Source of the DNA: an uncultured Acidobacteriota bacterium
GTDB taxonomy: Bacteria > Acidobacteriota > Terriglobia > Acidiferrales > UBA7541
Length of the DNA: 64,000 nt
Direction: 5' to 3'
Assembly (NCBI GenBank): GCA_963831545.1
Contig: CAWHQX010000011.1
Span: forward strand, 143,206-207,205
Both the position numbers and the translations under genes were made by a program. Shown here in pieces: positions 19,626-28,295 of the stretch (its first letter is position 1; every line of letters starts with the position of its first letter). The notes under the pieces were generated by a model. That model saw only the letters and a list, made by a program, of their open reading frames with translations, did not search any database and was not told the origin of the DNA.

Positions 19626-21344
19626 TTAATCTCTCACTTGGGCACTCTGGTTCGCAGACAACTCCCCATACTTCGCGACTGCCAACTCCAGGCTGAATTG
19701 CATCCTCTCGCGTCCGAGGTCTTGACCTAGAGACGATCTTTGGACCATTTGCAGTACTCCGGGGTTGAGTCCCACCAGCCATGTGGACACATCATTTTCG
19801 CGTTGGCGTTTCTCGGCTTCAATCAGTGCTTTCAATGCCGTGTATTCGAGATCCGGCACAGCGCTGAGATCGAGTGCAACTACCTTGGGTTGAGCTTCGT
19901 TCACCAGAACTCGTATTTTCTGCCCGATATGCTCTGCGTTGGCGAAGAATACGCGTCCCTCAAGCCGCAGCAGCAACAACCCGGAAAAAGTTTCGTCCTC
20001 TGGATGGTCCTCGGTTCGTGGACGAAACACATTGGTCCCTGGCTTGCGTCCCAAAACGTAAACCGGAGGGTCGGCTACCTGAGATGCCAGCGCTACGAGT
20101 GACAACACAATGGCGACGATGATGCCTTTCAGGGTTCCCAACAGCACCACCCCTGCTAAGGCGGTTAAGGCCCACGTGAATTCTGTTCGCCGGATTTGCA
20201 GGATCGCACGGAACTCCGCCGGTCGCATCAATCCGATGGAGTAAACAATGACTACAGCTGCGAGTGTGGCTTGCGGCATCAGCGCCAGAAGCGGTGCCAG
20301 CAGAAGAATTGTAGCTAACGCCACCGCGGCTGTGACTATCTCCGCAAGCTGAGTGCGCGCTCCTGCAAGTCGATTCACGGCGGTTTGCGAAGTGCCTCCA
20401 CCTGCCGGCATTGCGCCCAGGAATGCACCTCCCGCATTGGCAATCCCCGTTGCCAGCAACTCTCGATTTGCGCGTATGGGTGGCTCATCACTTTTGGCAA
20501 ACGCCCGGCCGGAAGCAATGGTCTCGGTGAAACTCATCAGCGCTATGCCTAGAGCCCCAGGCCAGAGATCCTGCGCAAGAGAGAATTCTGGGAAGGTAAT
20601 CGAGGGTAGACCCCTGGGAATGTGGCCGACCAACTCCACTCCGTGAATCTGAAGATCCAGTAGCCGTGCACCGATGATCCCAGCAGCGACAGCAATCAGC
20701 GGAGCCGGAGCCCGCGGGAGGAATCGTTCGATCCCCACCAACAACAGGACCATCGCTACACCGACAGCCAAAGTCGTTAACGACGTTTCAGGAATACTAC
20801 GAACGATTGCCATGATGTTGTGGAAGAAGGAACCTCGAGGGAAATGAATGCCAAGAATCTTCGGGAGTTGATCTAGCACGATGACAATGCCGATACCCGC
20901 CTTAAAGCCGACTAATACCGGTTCGGAAATGAAATTAGCGATAAAGCCAAGCCGCAACAATGAAGCAAGAATGAGGAAGCCGCCAACCATCAGCGTTAGC
21001 ATCACGGAAGCCCTGAGCAAGGCTGACGGATCGGCGCCAGGCACGACCTCGCCTAGTTCAGTTGCGGTTAAAATTGCGATGGTAGTGGTGGTGCTAACGC
21101 TCAGGGGACGAGAGCTGCCTATCAGGGCGTAAATCGCCATGGGGACTAAGGCGGTGTAGAGGCCCACTTGCACCGGCAGTCCGGCGATCGTGGCATAGGC
21201 CATGGCTTTGGGAATGACCACGGCGGCCGTCGTGATGCCCGCGATTATGTCTGGCCGCAGCCAATCCTTCTGATAGCTGAACAACCAATCTGCGATGGGC
21301 AGGTAGCCGAGCCTTTGACGGTCCGTGGACAAGTTCTCCCCCAT
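19626..21344 (-). CDS. SulP-family inorganic anion transporter with STAS domain
   Basis: DIIAGITTAAVVIPKAMAYATIAGLP..GLY signature; STAS segment LEGRVFFANA...LDLSAVPDLEYTAL. Confidence 0.93.
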   Translation of the reverse strand: MGENLSTDRQRLGYLPIADWLFSYQKDWLRPDIIAGITTAAVVIPKAMAYATIAGLPVQVGLYTALVPMAIYALIGSSRPLSVSTTTTIAILTATELGEVVPGADPSALLRASVMLTLMVGGFLILASLLRLGFIANFISEPVLVGFKAGIGIVIVLDQLPKILGIHFPRGSFFHNIMAIVRSIPETSLTTLAVGVAMVLLLVGIERFLPRAPAPLIAVAAGIIGARLLDLQIHGVELVGHIPRGLPSITFPEFSLAQDLWPGALGIALMSFTETIASGRAFAKSDEPPIRANRELLATGIANAGGAFLGAMPAGGGTSQTAVNRLAGARTQLAEIVTAAVALATILLLAPLLALMPQATLAAVVIVYSIGLMRPAEFRAILQIRRTEFTWALTALAGVVLLGTLKGIIVAIVLSLVALASQVADPPVYVLGRKPGTNVFRPRTEDHPEDETFSGLLLLRLEGRVFFANAEHIGQKIRVLVNEAQPKVVALDLSAVPDLEYTALKALIEAEKRQRENDVSTWLVGLNPGVLQMVQRSSLGQDLGRERMQFSLELAVAKYGELSANQSAQVRD

Positions 21345-21388
21345 ACAATGCCCGTTGCTGAATTTAGCAAAGCGAACCTGCTGGCTTC

Positions 21389-21408
21389 ACCTAGGGATTT
21401 GCCTAGTG
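21389..21408. promoter_or_regulatory. Island palindrome box 6 (ACCTAGGG-ATTT-GCCTAGTG)
   Basis: Lies between divergent sulP-like and kinase 2 genes; TAAATT on the minus strand at 21366-21361. Confidence 0.75.
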
Positions 21409-21656
21409 GCAGCTTAGACCTCCGCGAGGCAAAAGCTGAATGGAACGAGGCTATGCTATGCAGGTCCTGGGACTCATAGAGAGAATTTCGGAGCTTTTGT
21501 TTGGGGTCGGAACGGTCGGTTCGTAAGCCGTGGGCTAGCAGACTCGGCGATTCCTTTCCAAATCCATTTCTTGCAGCTTATTTCCTTGAGCGCAGTGGCT
21601 TTTGCGCATAGACTTACGATATAAATCCAGCCTAGGACTGAGTTCGAACTTCGGAG

Positions 21657-23537
21657 GTGCCGGTTAGCCTGCGCTTGCGCCGGTATCGGGAGATGGTCCT
21701 GGAAAATGTTTCGCTCTCCGGGCAAGGCAATCAGCTTCCGAGAGCATTGCTTGCGTCTGGCTGGGCTTCGCTGCTGACTCTCGTCGTCTTATTCGGGAGC
21801 GGCCAAACCTCGGCTCAAGCGCCTCTGAAAAGAAATGTGCTGATTCTCAGCGACGTGGGTTTGTCGCATTCCCTCACTGCGGAATTTACCCGGGACATTG
21901 TCGCAGAGGTGCGGGATACGCCAGCGCGACATGTCGAGTTTTACTCTGAGAGTCTCGATCTGCAGGCCTTTCCAGGCGGACCTTCGCGAGATGATTCCGA
22001 AGACTGGCTTGCCAAGAAATATGGCGAACATAAATTGGACGCAGTCGTAGCGATTGGTCCGGGCACAATTGATTTTCTCTCCAATGATACCGAGGACCTG
22101 TTCCAAAATGCGCCCATTGTGATTTGCGGGAGTTCCGCGGATCAAGCCAGTAATCCAAAACTCGATGCCAGATTCACAGGAACGTGGGTCCAGCTTAAAC
22201 CAGAAAGAACACTTGAACTGGCTCTGCAGCTTTTCCCAGATACACGTCACGTGTTTGTGGTGGGAGGTAGTTCCGACTTTGACAAAGCAGTGATGTCGTT
22301 GACAAAAAAGGCGCTGGGTTCGGTCAAGCCGACGCCGGAAATTGTCTATCTGACCGGCATGGAAATGAATGGTTTACTGGAACGGCTGCGGAATCTGCCG
22401 GACCACTCCATCGAGTTCTATACTTCATTCTTTCAGGATTCGGCCGGGAATAGATTTCTCAATGCAACTAAAGCCCTTCCGATGATCGCGGCAGCCTCCA
22501 ACGGCCCGGATTTCGGCATGTCTGATGGGTATCTGGGAAATGGGATTGTTGGCGGATACGTTTTGCCCTTTGAAAAACAAGCGAGGATGACAGCCCAAAT
22601 TGTCGGGGAACTACTGGACGGGAAACAAGTCCAGGCAATTCCGATCAAGACTCTTTCCAGTGAGTACGAGTTCGACTGGCGTGAACTCAAGCATTGGCAT
22701 ATCACGGAAGCCAGCCTTCCACTGGGAAGCGTGATCATGTTTCGAGAGCGTGGTCTCTGGGAGCGCACCAAGTGGGCTTGGATCACATCGCTTCTGATCA
22801 TCGCGGCTCTCTCCTCCATTACCTTTTACCTGCAAAGCAGCCGAAAGCAGCTAACGCTGGCCAAGGAAAAGCAGATGCAGCTCAGCGGTCTGCTGATCAA
22901 CGCAGAGGAGAAGGAACGAAGCCGGGTGGCATCCGAACTTCACGATGACTTTAGCCAGAGGCTGGCGTTACTGGCCCTGGGTTTGGAGAGTGTTGACGAA
23001 GCCACGCCCGCTTCTTTAGAGCACGTTCATAAGCAATTGCAGGAGCTTGCCAGGTCCACAAGCGAGCTTGGTTCTGATCTGCACACCCTATCGCATCGGT
23101 TGCATTCGTCCACGCTCGAGAGCCTGGGTCTTGTTCCGGCTGTCGACGCTTTATGCAGAGAATTCACTTGCAAGCAAGGCATCAGGGTCGACTTTTTATG
23201 CGATGAAATTCCGCGATCAATCAATCCCGACGCAGCCCTTTGTATCTTCCGCATCGTTCAAGAATCACTGCGGAACGTGAAGAAGTACAGTGGTGTGGAG
23301 GAGGCGGAGGTGGACCTGCGAATGACGGGCGACAGATTAGAGATTCGCGTGAGGGACAAAGGACGCGGATTCAGTTTGTCGGAACTCGGCCAGAATGGGG
23401 GTCTCGGTATCCGGAGCATGGAACAACGCGCGCGGCTGTTGGGTGGAAATTTTGAGATTCACTCTGAGCTCGGAAAGGGTACGAGAGTCGAGGCCTGGGT
23501 GCTGCTCAAACCCGTAGTACGGCATACGACGGCCTAG
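21657..23537 (+). CDS. Sensor histidine kinase (SBP-like sensor, HisKA_3, HATPase_c), copy 2; start may be downstream
   Basis: ERSRVASELHDDFSQ; collinear paralog of 15524-17395. Confidence 0.93.
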   Translation: MPVSLRLRRYREMVLENVSLSGQGNQLPRALLASGWASLLTLVVLFGSGQTSAQAPLKRNVLILSDVGLSHSLTAEFTRDIVAEVRDTPARHVEFYSESLDLQAFPGGPSRDDSEDWLAKKYGEHKLDAVVAIGPGTIDFLSNDTEDLFQNAPIVICGSSADQASNPKLDARFTGTWVQLKPERTLELALQLFPDTRHVFVVGGSSDFDKAVMSLTKKALGSVKPTPEIVYLTGMEMNGLLERLRNLPDHSIEFYTSFFQDSAGNRFLNATKALPMIAAASNGPDFGMSDGYLGNGIVGGYVLPFEKQARMTAQIVGELLDGKQVQAIPIKTLSSEYEFDWRELKHWHITEASLPLGSVIMFRERGLWERTKWAWITSLLIIAALSSITFYLQSSRKQLTLAKEKQMQLSGLLINAEEKERSRVASELHDDFSQRLALLALGLESVDEATPASLEHVHKQLQELARSTSELGSDLHTLSHRLHSSTLESLGLVPAVDALCREFTCKQGIRVDFLCDEIPRSINPDAALCIFRIVQESLRNVKKYSGVEEAEVDLRMTGDRLEIRVRDKGRGFSLSELGQNGGLGIRSMEQRARLLGGNFEIHSELGKGTRVEAWVLLKPVVRHTTA

Positions 23538-23715
23538 CGAGGTGCTCAACGGGTGTGGTGTCCTCGCCGAGGCGGATTGTAACGGCGTTGCCGAGTGTGA
23601 CGGGCGTCATAGCATACTGCCCCGCATAGTACTTGATTCATGTACTCAGCCCACTTTGTGGACGTGAATTCGTGTAGTATGGCGGTCCCGGCCCGCCCAG
23701 AAAGAGGCCAAGATC

Positions 23716-24414
23716 ATGGAAAACGTTTTAATAGACAGATCTCGACCAAAGTTCCTGATCGCCGATGACCATGCGATGTTCGCGGAGGCTTTGAGAGTTT
23801 TTCTGGAGCGAACATACCCAGTTGTCGGGTTGGTGTCCGACGGCCGCGCCTTGATTGAAGCAGCCTCACGACTTAAGCCTGAAATCATTATCGTCGATGT
23901 GGCCATGCCCATCCTGAATGGCCTAGATGCGGCGCGCAGAATTAAGGAGCAGTCTGCCAAGATCAAGTTCATCTTCCTGACGATGCAAGAGGATCCAAAT
24001 CTGGCTGCAGCGGCGCTGGAACTGGGCCCGATCGGGTTCGTGCTGAAGCACACGCCTGGGTCGGAACTATTGAAGGCGATTGATCATGTACTGCATGGAA
24101 AGCCCTATGTGACTGCCAAGCTGAGGGCGGAGGATTGGGTCACAACGAAGGCGCGGGCGCGACAGTTCGCTACGGAATTGACGGCACGGCAGCGCGATAT
24201 CGTGCAGTTGTTTGCCGAAGGGCGGCCCATGAAGGAAATCGCTGGATTGCTGAACCTAAGCGAAAAGACGGTGGAATTCCACAAGCATCACATTATGGAA
24301 GCGTTCAACGTTAAGAATAATGCCGATCTGATATTGTTCGCTTTGAAACATGGACTTATCTCGATCGATCCCGAGCCCTCTGTGCCGGCACGCGCGGGCC
24401 ACAACGGGCGATAA
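23716..24414 (+). CDS. NarL/FixJ-family response regulator, copy 2
   Basis: IADDH, IIVDVAMP; HTH AEGRPMKEIAGLLNLSEKTVEFHKHHIM. Confidence 0.95.
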   Translation: MENVLIDRSRPKFLIADDHAMFAEALRVFLERTYPVVGLVSDGRALIEAASRLKPEIIIVDVAMPILNGLDAARRIKEQSAKIKFIFLTMQEDPNLAAAALELGPIGFVLKHTPGSELLKAIDHVLHGKPYVTAKLRAEDWVTTKARARQFATELTARQRDIVQLFAEGRPMKEIAGLLNLSEKTVEFHKHHIMEAFNVKNNADLILFALKHGLISIDPEPSVPARAGHNGR

Positions 24415-24440
24415 CACCCTCTGCAATTGCAAACTGACGG

Positions 24441-24460
24441 GACTAGGGATTTCCCCAGTG
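24441..24460. promoter_or_regulatory. Island palindrome box 7 (GACTAGGG-ATTT-CCCCAGTG)
   Basis: TAACAT at 24482-24487, upstream of the receiver-only protein. Confidence 0.75.
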
Positions 24461-24569
24461 GCGAAGTCCGTTCCCACCACCTAACATCCGATTCTGGTTT
24501 GGTACCATCGCATCGTGGGACGCTGACGTGGCGGACCCACCGTGCGCGATTGTTGGATGGAGGCGAACA

Positions 24570-24965
24570 TTGATTCGCCCACGCGTGCTCCTGGCCGATG
24601 ACCATCTCGAATTCCTGGAAGCGGAAATCGCTTTGCTGCGACCTCATTTTGAACTGGTGGGCACGGTGAGCGATGGAGTTTCGCTTATATCTGAGGCCGC
24701 GCGGCTCAGTCCGGACGTTGTGGTGGTTGACGTCACCATGCCGTTTATGAACGGCATCGACGCGGTCCGCAAACTCGTCGAGTCCGGCTGCACTACCAAG
24801 TTTGTATTTCTGACGATTAATACTGGCGCGGAGTTCGTTAAAGCATGCCAGCAAGCAGGAGCTCGGGGCTATGTCTGGAAAAGCCGAATGAACGCCCATC
24901 TGATTCCAGCGATTTACGCGGCCCTCAAAGGCCTTCCGTATATTTCTCCGTTAACTTCCTCGTGA
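24570..24965 (+). CDS. Single-domain (receiver-only) response regulator
   Basis: VLLADDH, VVVDVTMP, GYVWK; ends without an HTH. GGAGG precedes TTG 24570. Confidence 0.85.
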   Translation: MIRPRVLLADDHLEFLEAEIALLRPHFELVGTVSDGVSLISEAARLSPDVVVVDVTMPFMNGIDAVRKLVESGCTTKFVFLTINTGAEFVKACQQAGARGYVWKSRMNAHLIPAIYAALKGLPYISPLTSS

Positions 24966-25064
24966 GTATTGGAGCTTCTTTGTCCAGAAATGGCCGCCAC
25001 CGCAGGGATTGCTCTCGCAAGATTTGTCGAACGGTGCGGCAAATGCGGGAGAGGCGGATTCGCT

Positions 25065-25084
25065 GGTTAGGGATTTCCCTAGTT
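25065..25084. promoter_or_regulatory. Island palindrome box 8 (GGTTAGGG-ATTT-CCCTAGTT)
   Basis: TAAAAG at 25107-25112, upstream of the sortase. Confidence 0.8.
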
Positions 25085-25163
25085 GTCGGTGCTATTTGGA
25101 AAAGCCTAAAAGGGTAGGCAGCGAATTCACTTCGCGAAAACAGCGGGAATACGCTACCGGTCC

Positions 25164-25910
25164 TTGCGGAAGGCTTCCGAAATGGTGCGGGGCAACATAA
25201 TGAACGCGCTCAGCGGCTTTGAACGGCTCCTGCTGTTCCTGGGATTGCTGCTGCTCTCGGTGTACGCCGTCGGCCGCATTTATAGTTCGCTCTACTCTCA
25301 TCTCGCCGTGCACGAATTCTGGGGTTCGCATGGCTCCTCGAGCACAGTCAACCCCGCCGGCGCATCCCAGCAGAATCACGGAATTCCGGATTTTCACTTG
25401 TGGTCGGTAAAACGGATTGAGGCCTACCACATGAGCTTAGTCGCAAGCGTCCCGCCTCCCCTAGGCGTTCTAAGAATTCCTTCGGTTGATCTGGAAGTGC
25501 CGGTGCTCGAAGGAACCGACGACCTGATGCTGAATCGCGGGGTGGGACACATCGATGGCACCAGCGCCCTCGATGAGGGAGGTAACGTTGGTATTGCCGG
25601 ACACCGCGATGGATTTTTTCGAGGGCTTAAGGACGTTCATGTTGGCGACACGATGGATGTGTATAGCGAAAAGGGAAATTTGCGTTATGTTGTAGATGAG
25701 ATTGTTGTTGTTCCGCCAGAGGACGTTTCTGTCCTGGCGCCGCGATCCAAACCCACTCTAACTCTTGTAACCTGCTATCCCTTTTATTTTGTGGGCAGTG
25801 CTCCGCTGCGTTACATCGTTCACGCCTCGATCACAGATGTGAACAGTCTCTCGGCTTCTGATCAGCCACACACTCTGGTTAAGGAGGGAGGAGGCCGAGT
25901 CAAAAAATGA
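25164..25910 (+). CDS. Class D sortase (alternative start ATG 25200)
   Basis: N-terminal TM; catalytic-triad motifs GIAGHRD, LTLVTCYPF, PLRYIV. Confidence 0.93.
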   Translation: MRKASEMVRGNIMNALSGFERLLLFLGLLLLSVYAVGRIYSSLYSHLAVHEFWGSHGSSSTVNPAGASQQNHGIPDFHLWSVKRIEAYHMSLVASVPPPLGVLRIPSVDLEVPVLEGTDDLMLNRGVGHIDGTSALDEGGNVGIAGHRDGFFRGLKDVHVGDTMDVYSEKGNLRYVVDEIVVVPPEDVSVLAPRSKPTLTLVTCYPFYFVGSAPLRYIVHASITDVNSLSASDQPHTLVKEGGGRVKK

Positions 25911-25973
25911 ATTGCTCTGGAAGTGGACGGCGCGGTTCGAGAAATTACCCTATTTCAATAGTGGAGGAAACAA

Positions 25974-26768
25974 ATGAAGTCAGGCAATTGTCCAAAAACA
26001 GTACTGGTATTGTTGTTGGGAACACTCTGTTTCGCGTTGGCGATTTCGACCAATGCGCAAATACAAACCGAAAAGTCCGCGACGGTAGGGCGGACGACTA
26101 TGCAAGTTCAGATCGAACGTGGAGAAGTTGTGCTTGTGGACGGCAACGACCTCGTCGTCAGGATGGAGGATGGCACCATTCGGCACTTCCCCAATGTGTC
26201 GGAAAGCGCCAAGGTCACCGTGGATGGCAAGGAACTCGGTATTCATGACTTGAAGCCGGGCATGAAACTCCAGCGAAGCATCATTACCGCGTCCACTCCC
26301 CAAACCATCACGACCGTCCAGACAGTCACCGGTAAAGTGTGGCATGTGACCCCGCCAAACTCGGTGATCCTGACACTGGAAAACAACACCAACCAGTCAT
26401 TCAAGATTCCCGAGGGACAGAAGTTTAATGTGAATGGCGAGATGGTCGATGCATTTGGCTTGAAAAAGGGAATGATTGTCACCGCCACCAAAATCGTTGA
26501 GGTTCCCGAGGTCGTAGTGTCTCAACATAAGCATGTAATCGGAACCATGCCTGCGCCACCATCTGCTCCTCCAGCTGACGTTCCTATGTTGATTGCAAGG
26601 GCAGAACCCACGCCGGCGCCAGAAACTGCAGAAGCCTCTGCGGCCCCGGCTCCAACGAAGACACTGCCGAAAACTGGGAGCGAACTGCCTCTGCTCGGGC
26701 TGCTTGGGCTTCTTTGCCTAACGGCCTCACTCGGAGTCAAGTTCCTCCGCGCAAATATCAGCGTTTAG
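25974..26768 (+). CDS. LPXTG-anchored exported protein, probable sortase substrate
   Basis: Signal peptide, Pro/Ala linker, LPKTG + hydrophobic helix + K/R tail; directly downstream of the sortase. Confidence 0.9.
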   Translation: MKSGNCPKTVLVLLLGTLCFALAISTNAQIQTEKSATVGRTTMQVQIERGEVVLVDGNDLVVRMEDGTIRHFPNVSESAKVTVDGKELGIHDLKPGMKLQRSIITASTPQTITTVQTVTGKVWHVTPPNSVILTLENNTNQSFKIPEGQKFNVNGEMVDAFGLKKGMIVTATKIVEVPEVVVSQHKHVIGTMPAPPSAPPADVPMLIARAEPTPAPETAEASAAPAPTKTLPKTGSELPLLGLLGLLCLTASLGVKFLRANISV

Positions 26769-26781
26769 AGTAACCCCGAAA

Positions 26782-26814
26782 GAGGAGGAGTCTCGGCGTT
26801 GCTGGCTCCTCCTC
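26782..26814 (+). terminator. Hairpin after the LPKTG gene
   Basis: GAGGAGGAG...CTCCTCCTC stem, similar to the hairpin after the paralog at 9431; the U-tract is weak. Confidence 0.45.
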
Positions 26815-26935
26815 ACAGTTGCGCGGCAGAGGAGAGCCCTAGAAGACTAAGCAGTGAGGTTCAGGCGGTCGCCGTACTCATTTGCTGGTTGGCCAGTGGA
26901 ATCCAGCGGAGGAAGTCACGAAGGGAAGTTCAACT

Positions 26936-28288
26936 ATGAGAATGAAAACTCTACGGTCCAAACTACTCAGGAAGATCGGCCAAGATGCTCTGGCAGTACT
27001 GAGCTCCCTGCTGCTTGTGCAAATGGGCCCGCCCGTTGCTGCTCAAGCGCAACAGAAACCTGACAGCCCGGTCTCGAAAGGGAGCGTTAACACGCCGCCG
27101 GAGCAGGAAGAATCTGCCGCCAAAATACCCCCGGACCAACTTGACTCCCTCGTGGCTCCTATCGCGCTTTACCCAGACCCAATGCTCGCGCAGGTTCTGG
27201 CTGCATCGACCTACCCATTAGAACTGATGCAGCTCCAGCAGTGGCTGGCAAAGAACAAAGACCTGAAGGACAAAGCGCTCGTGGATGCGGTCTCGAAACA
27301 ACCCTGGGACCCGAGCATTCAGGGCTTGGTTGCACTCCCCGAGGTAGTGAAGCGCCTCGCAGAAGACATTCAGTGGACCACCGATCTAGGCAACGCGTTT
27401 CTGGCCCAGCAAAGCGACGTGATGGAAGCAGTTCAGCGCATGCGGAAAAAGGCCACCGACGCCGGCAACTTGAAATCGACCGAGCAGCAAAAGGTAGAAA
27501 CCAAGGTTGTGGAATCCAAACAAGTCATCGTCATCGAACAATCCAATCCGGAAGTTGTTTACGTTCCGAGCTATAACCCTGTCGTCGTATACGGCCCACC
27601 TGTCTATCCCTATCCACCCATCGCTTACCCGCCTCCTGGCTACTACGCTGCCGGCGTAGCGATTTCCTTCGGTGTGGGACTGGCGATGGGAGCGGCATGG
27701 GGCGGAGGCTGGGGATATGGCTGCGGTTGGGGTGGCAACAACAACGTCACCATCAACAACAACAATAATTTCAACCGCAACTCCAACATCAACGGGGGAA
27801 ACCGCAACAACATAAACGGCGGCAACCGCGTCAACCCGAACGGAAATCGCGCTGGCGGAGCGGGCGGCAACAATTGGCAACACAACTCTCAACACCGTGG
27901 TGGAACTCCCTACTCGGATCGTTCGACGGCAAACAAATACGGTGGAACAACCCGAGGAGCGTCGGCGTCCGATCGGCAGGCCAATGCGCGTCAGAATCAA
28001 GCAAATTCTGCGAATAGGGGTCAATCCGGCGGACGAGGGAATCAGGGTCAACTGGGTGGACAACAACCGCGTGCGAGCGACCGTAGTTCGGGCGGCAATC
28101 GTGGTTCATCTGCAGGCGGCGGAGACCGCGGTGGCAATCGCGGTGGATCATCCGGCGCAAGTAACAGGAGCACCGCCCTTGGTGGTGGTTCCAGCGGCAG
28201 AAGCGGCAGCGCAGCGCGAGCCAGCAGCTCGCGGGGCTCGGCCAGTATGGGATCGCGCGGCGGCGGCGGCGGCGGGCGGAGGAGGTAG
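26936..28288 (+). CDS. DUF3300-domain protein with Asn/Gly/Arg low-complexity tail
   Basis: QLDSLVAPIALYPDPMLAQVLAASTYP, WDPSIQGLVALPEV, YVPSYNPVVVYG. Confidence 0.9.
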   Translation: MRMKTLRSKLLRKIGQDALAVLSSLLLVQMGPPVAAQAQQKPDSPVSKGSVNTPPEQEESAAKIPPDQLDSLVAPIALYPDPMLAQVLAASTYPLELMQLQQWLAKNKDLKDKALVDAVSKQPWDPSIQGLVALPEVVKRLAEDIQWTTDLGNAFLAQQSDVMEAVQRMRKKATDAGNLKSTEQQKVETKVVESKQVIVIEQSNPEVVYVPSYNPVVVYGPPVYPYPPIAYPPPGYYAAGVAISFGVGLAMGAAWGGGWGYGCGWGGNNNVTINNNNNFNRNSNINGGNRNNINGGNRVNPNGNRAGGAGGNNWQHNSQHRGGTPYSDRSTANKYGGTTRGASASDRQANARQNQANSANRGQSGGRGNQGQLGGQQPRASDRSSGGNRGSSAGGGDRGGNRGGSSGASNRSTALGGGSSGRSGSAARASSSRGSASMGSRGGGGGGRRR

Positions 28289-28295
28289 ACAAGTC

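Noticed and set aside
26825-26844. Possible 13th box before DUF3300 (..CAGAGG-AGAG-CCCTAG..)
   Set aside because: Only the right half matches, the spacer is atypical, and there is no -10 hexamer at the fixed distance.
27897-28295. N-terminal extension of DUF2950 overlapping DUF3300
   Set aside because: It is an alternative frame of the low-complexity DUF3300 tail. ATG 28296 has a GGAGG RBS and is followed by a signal peptide.
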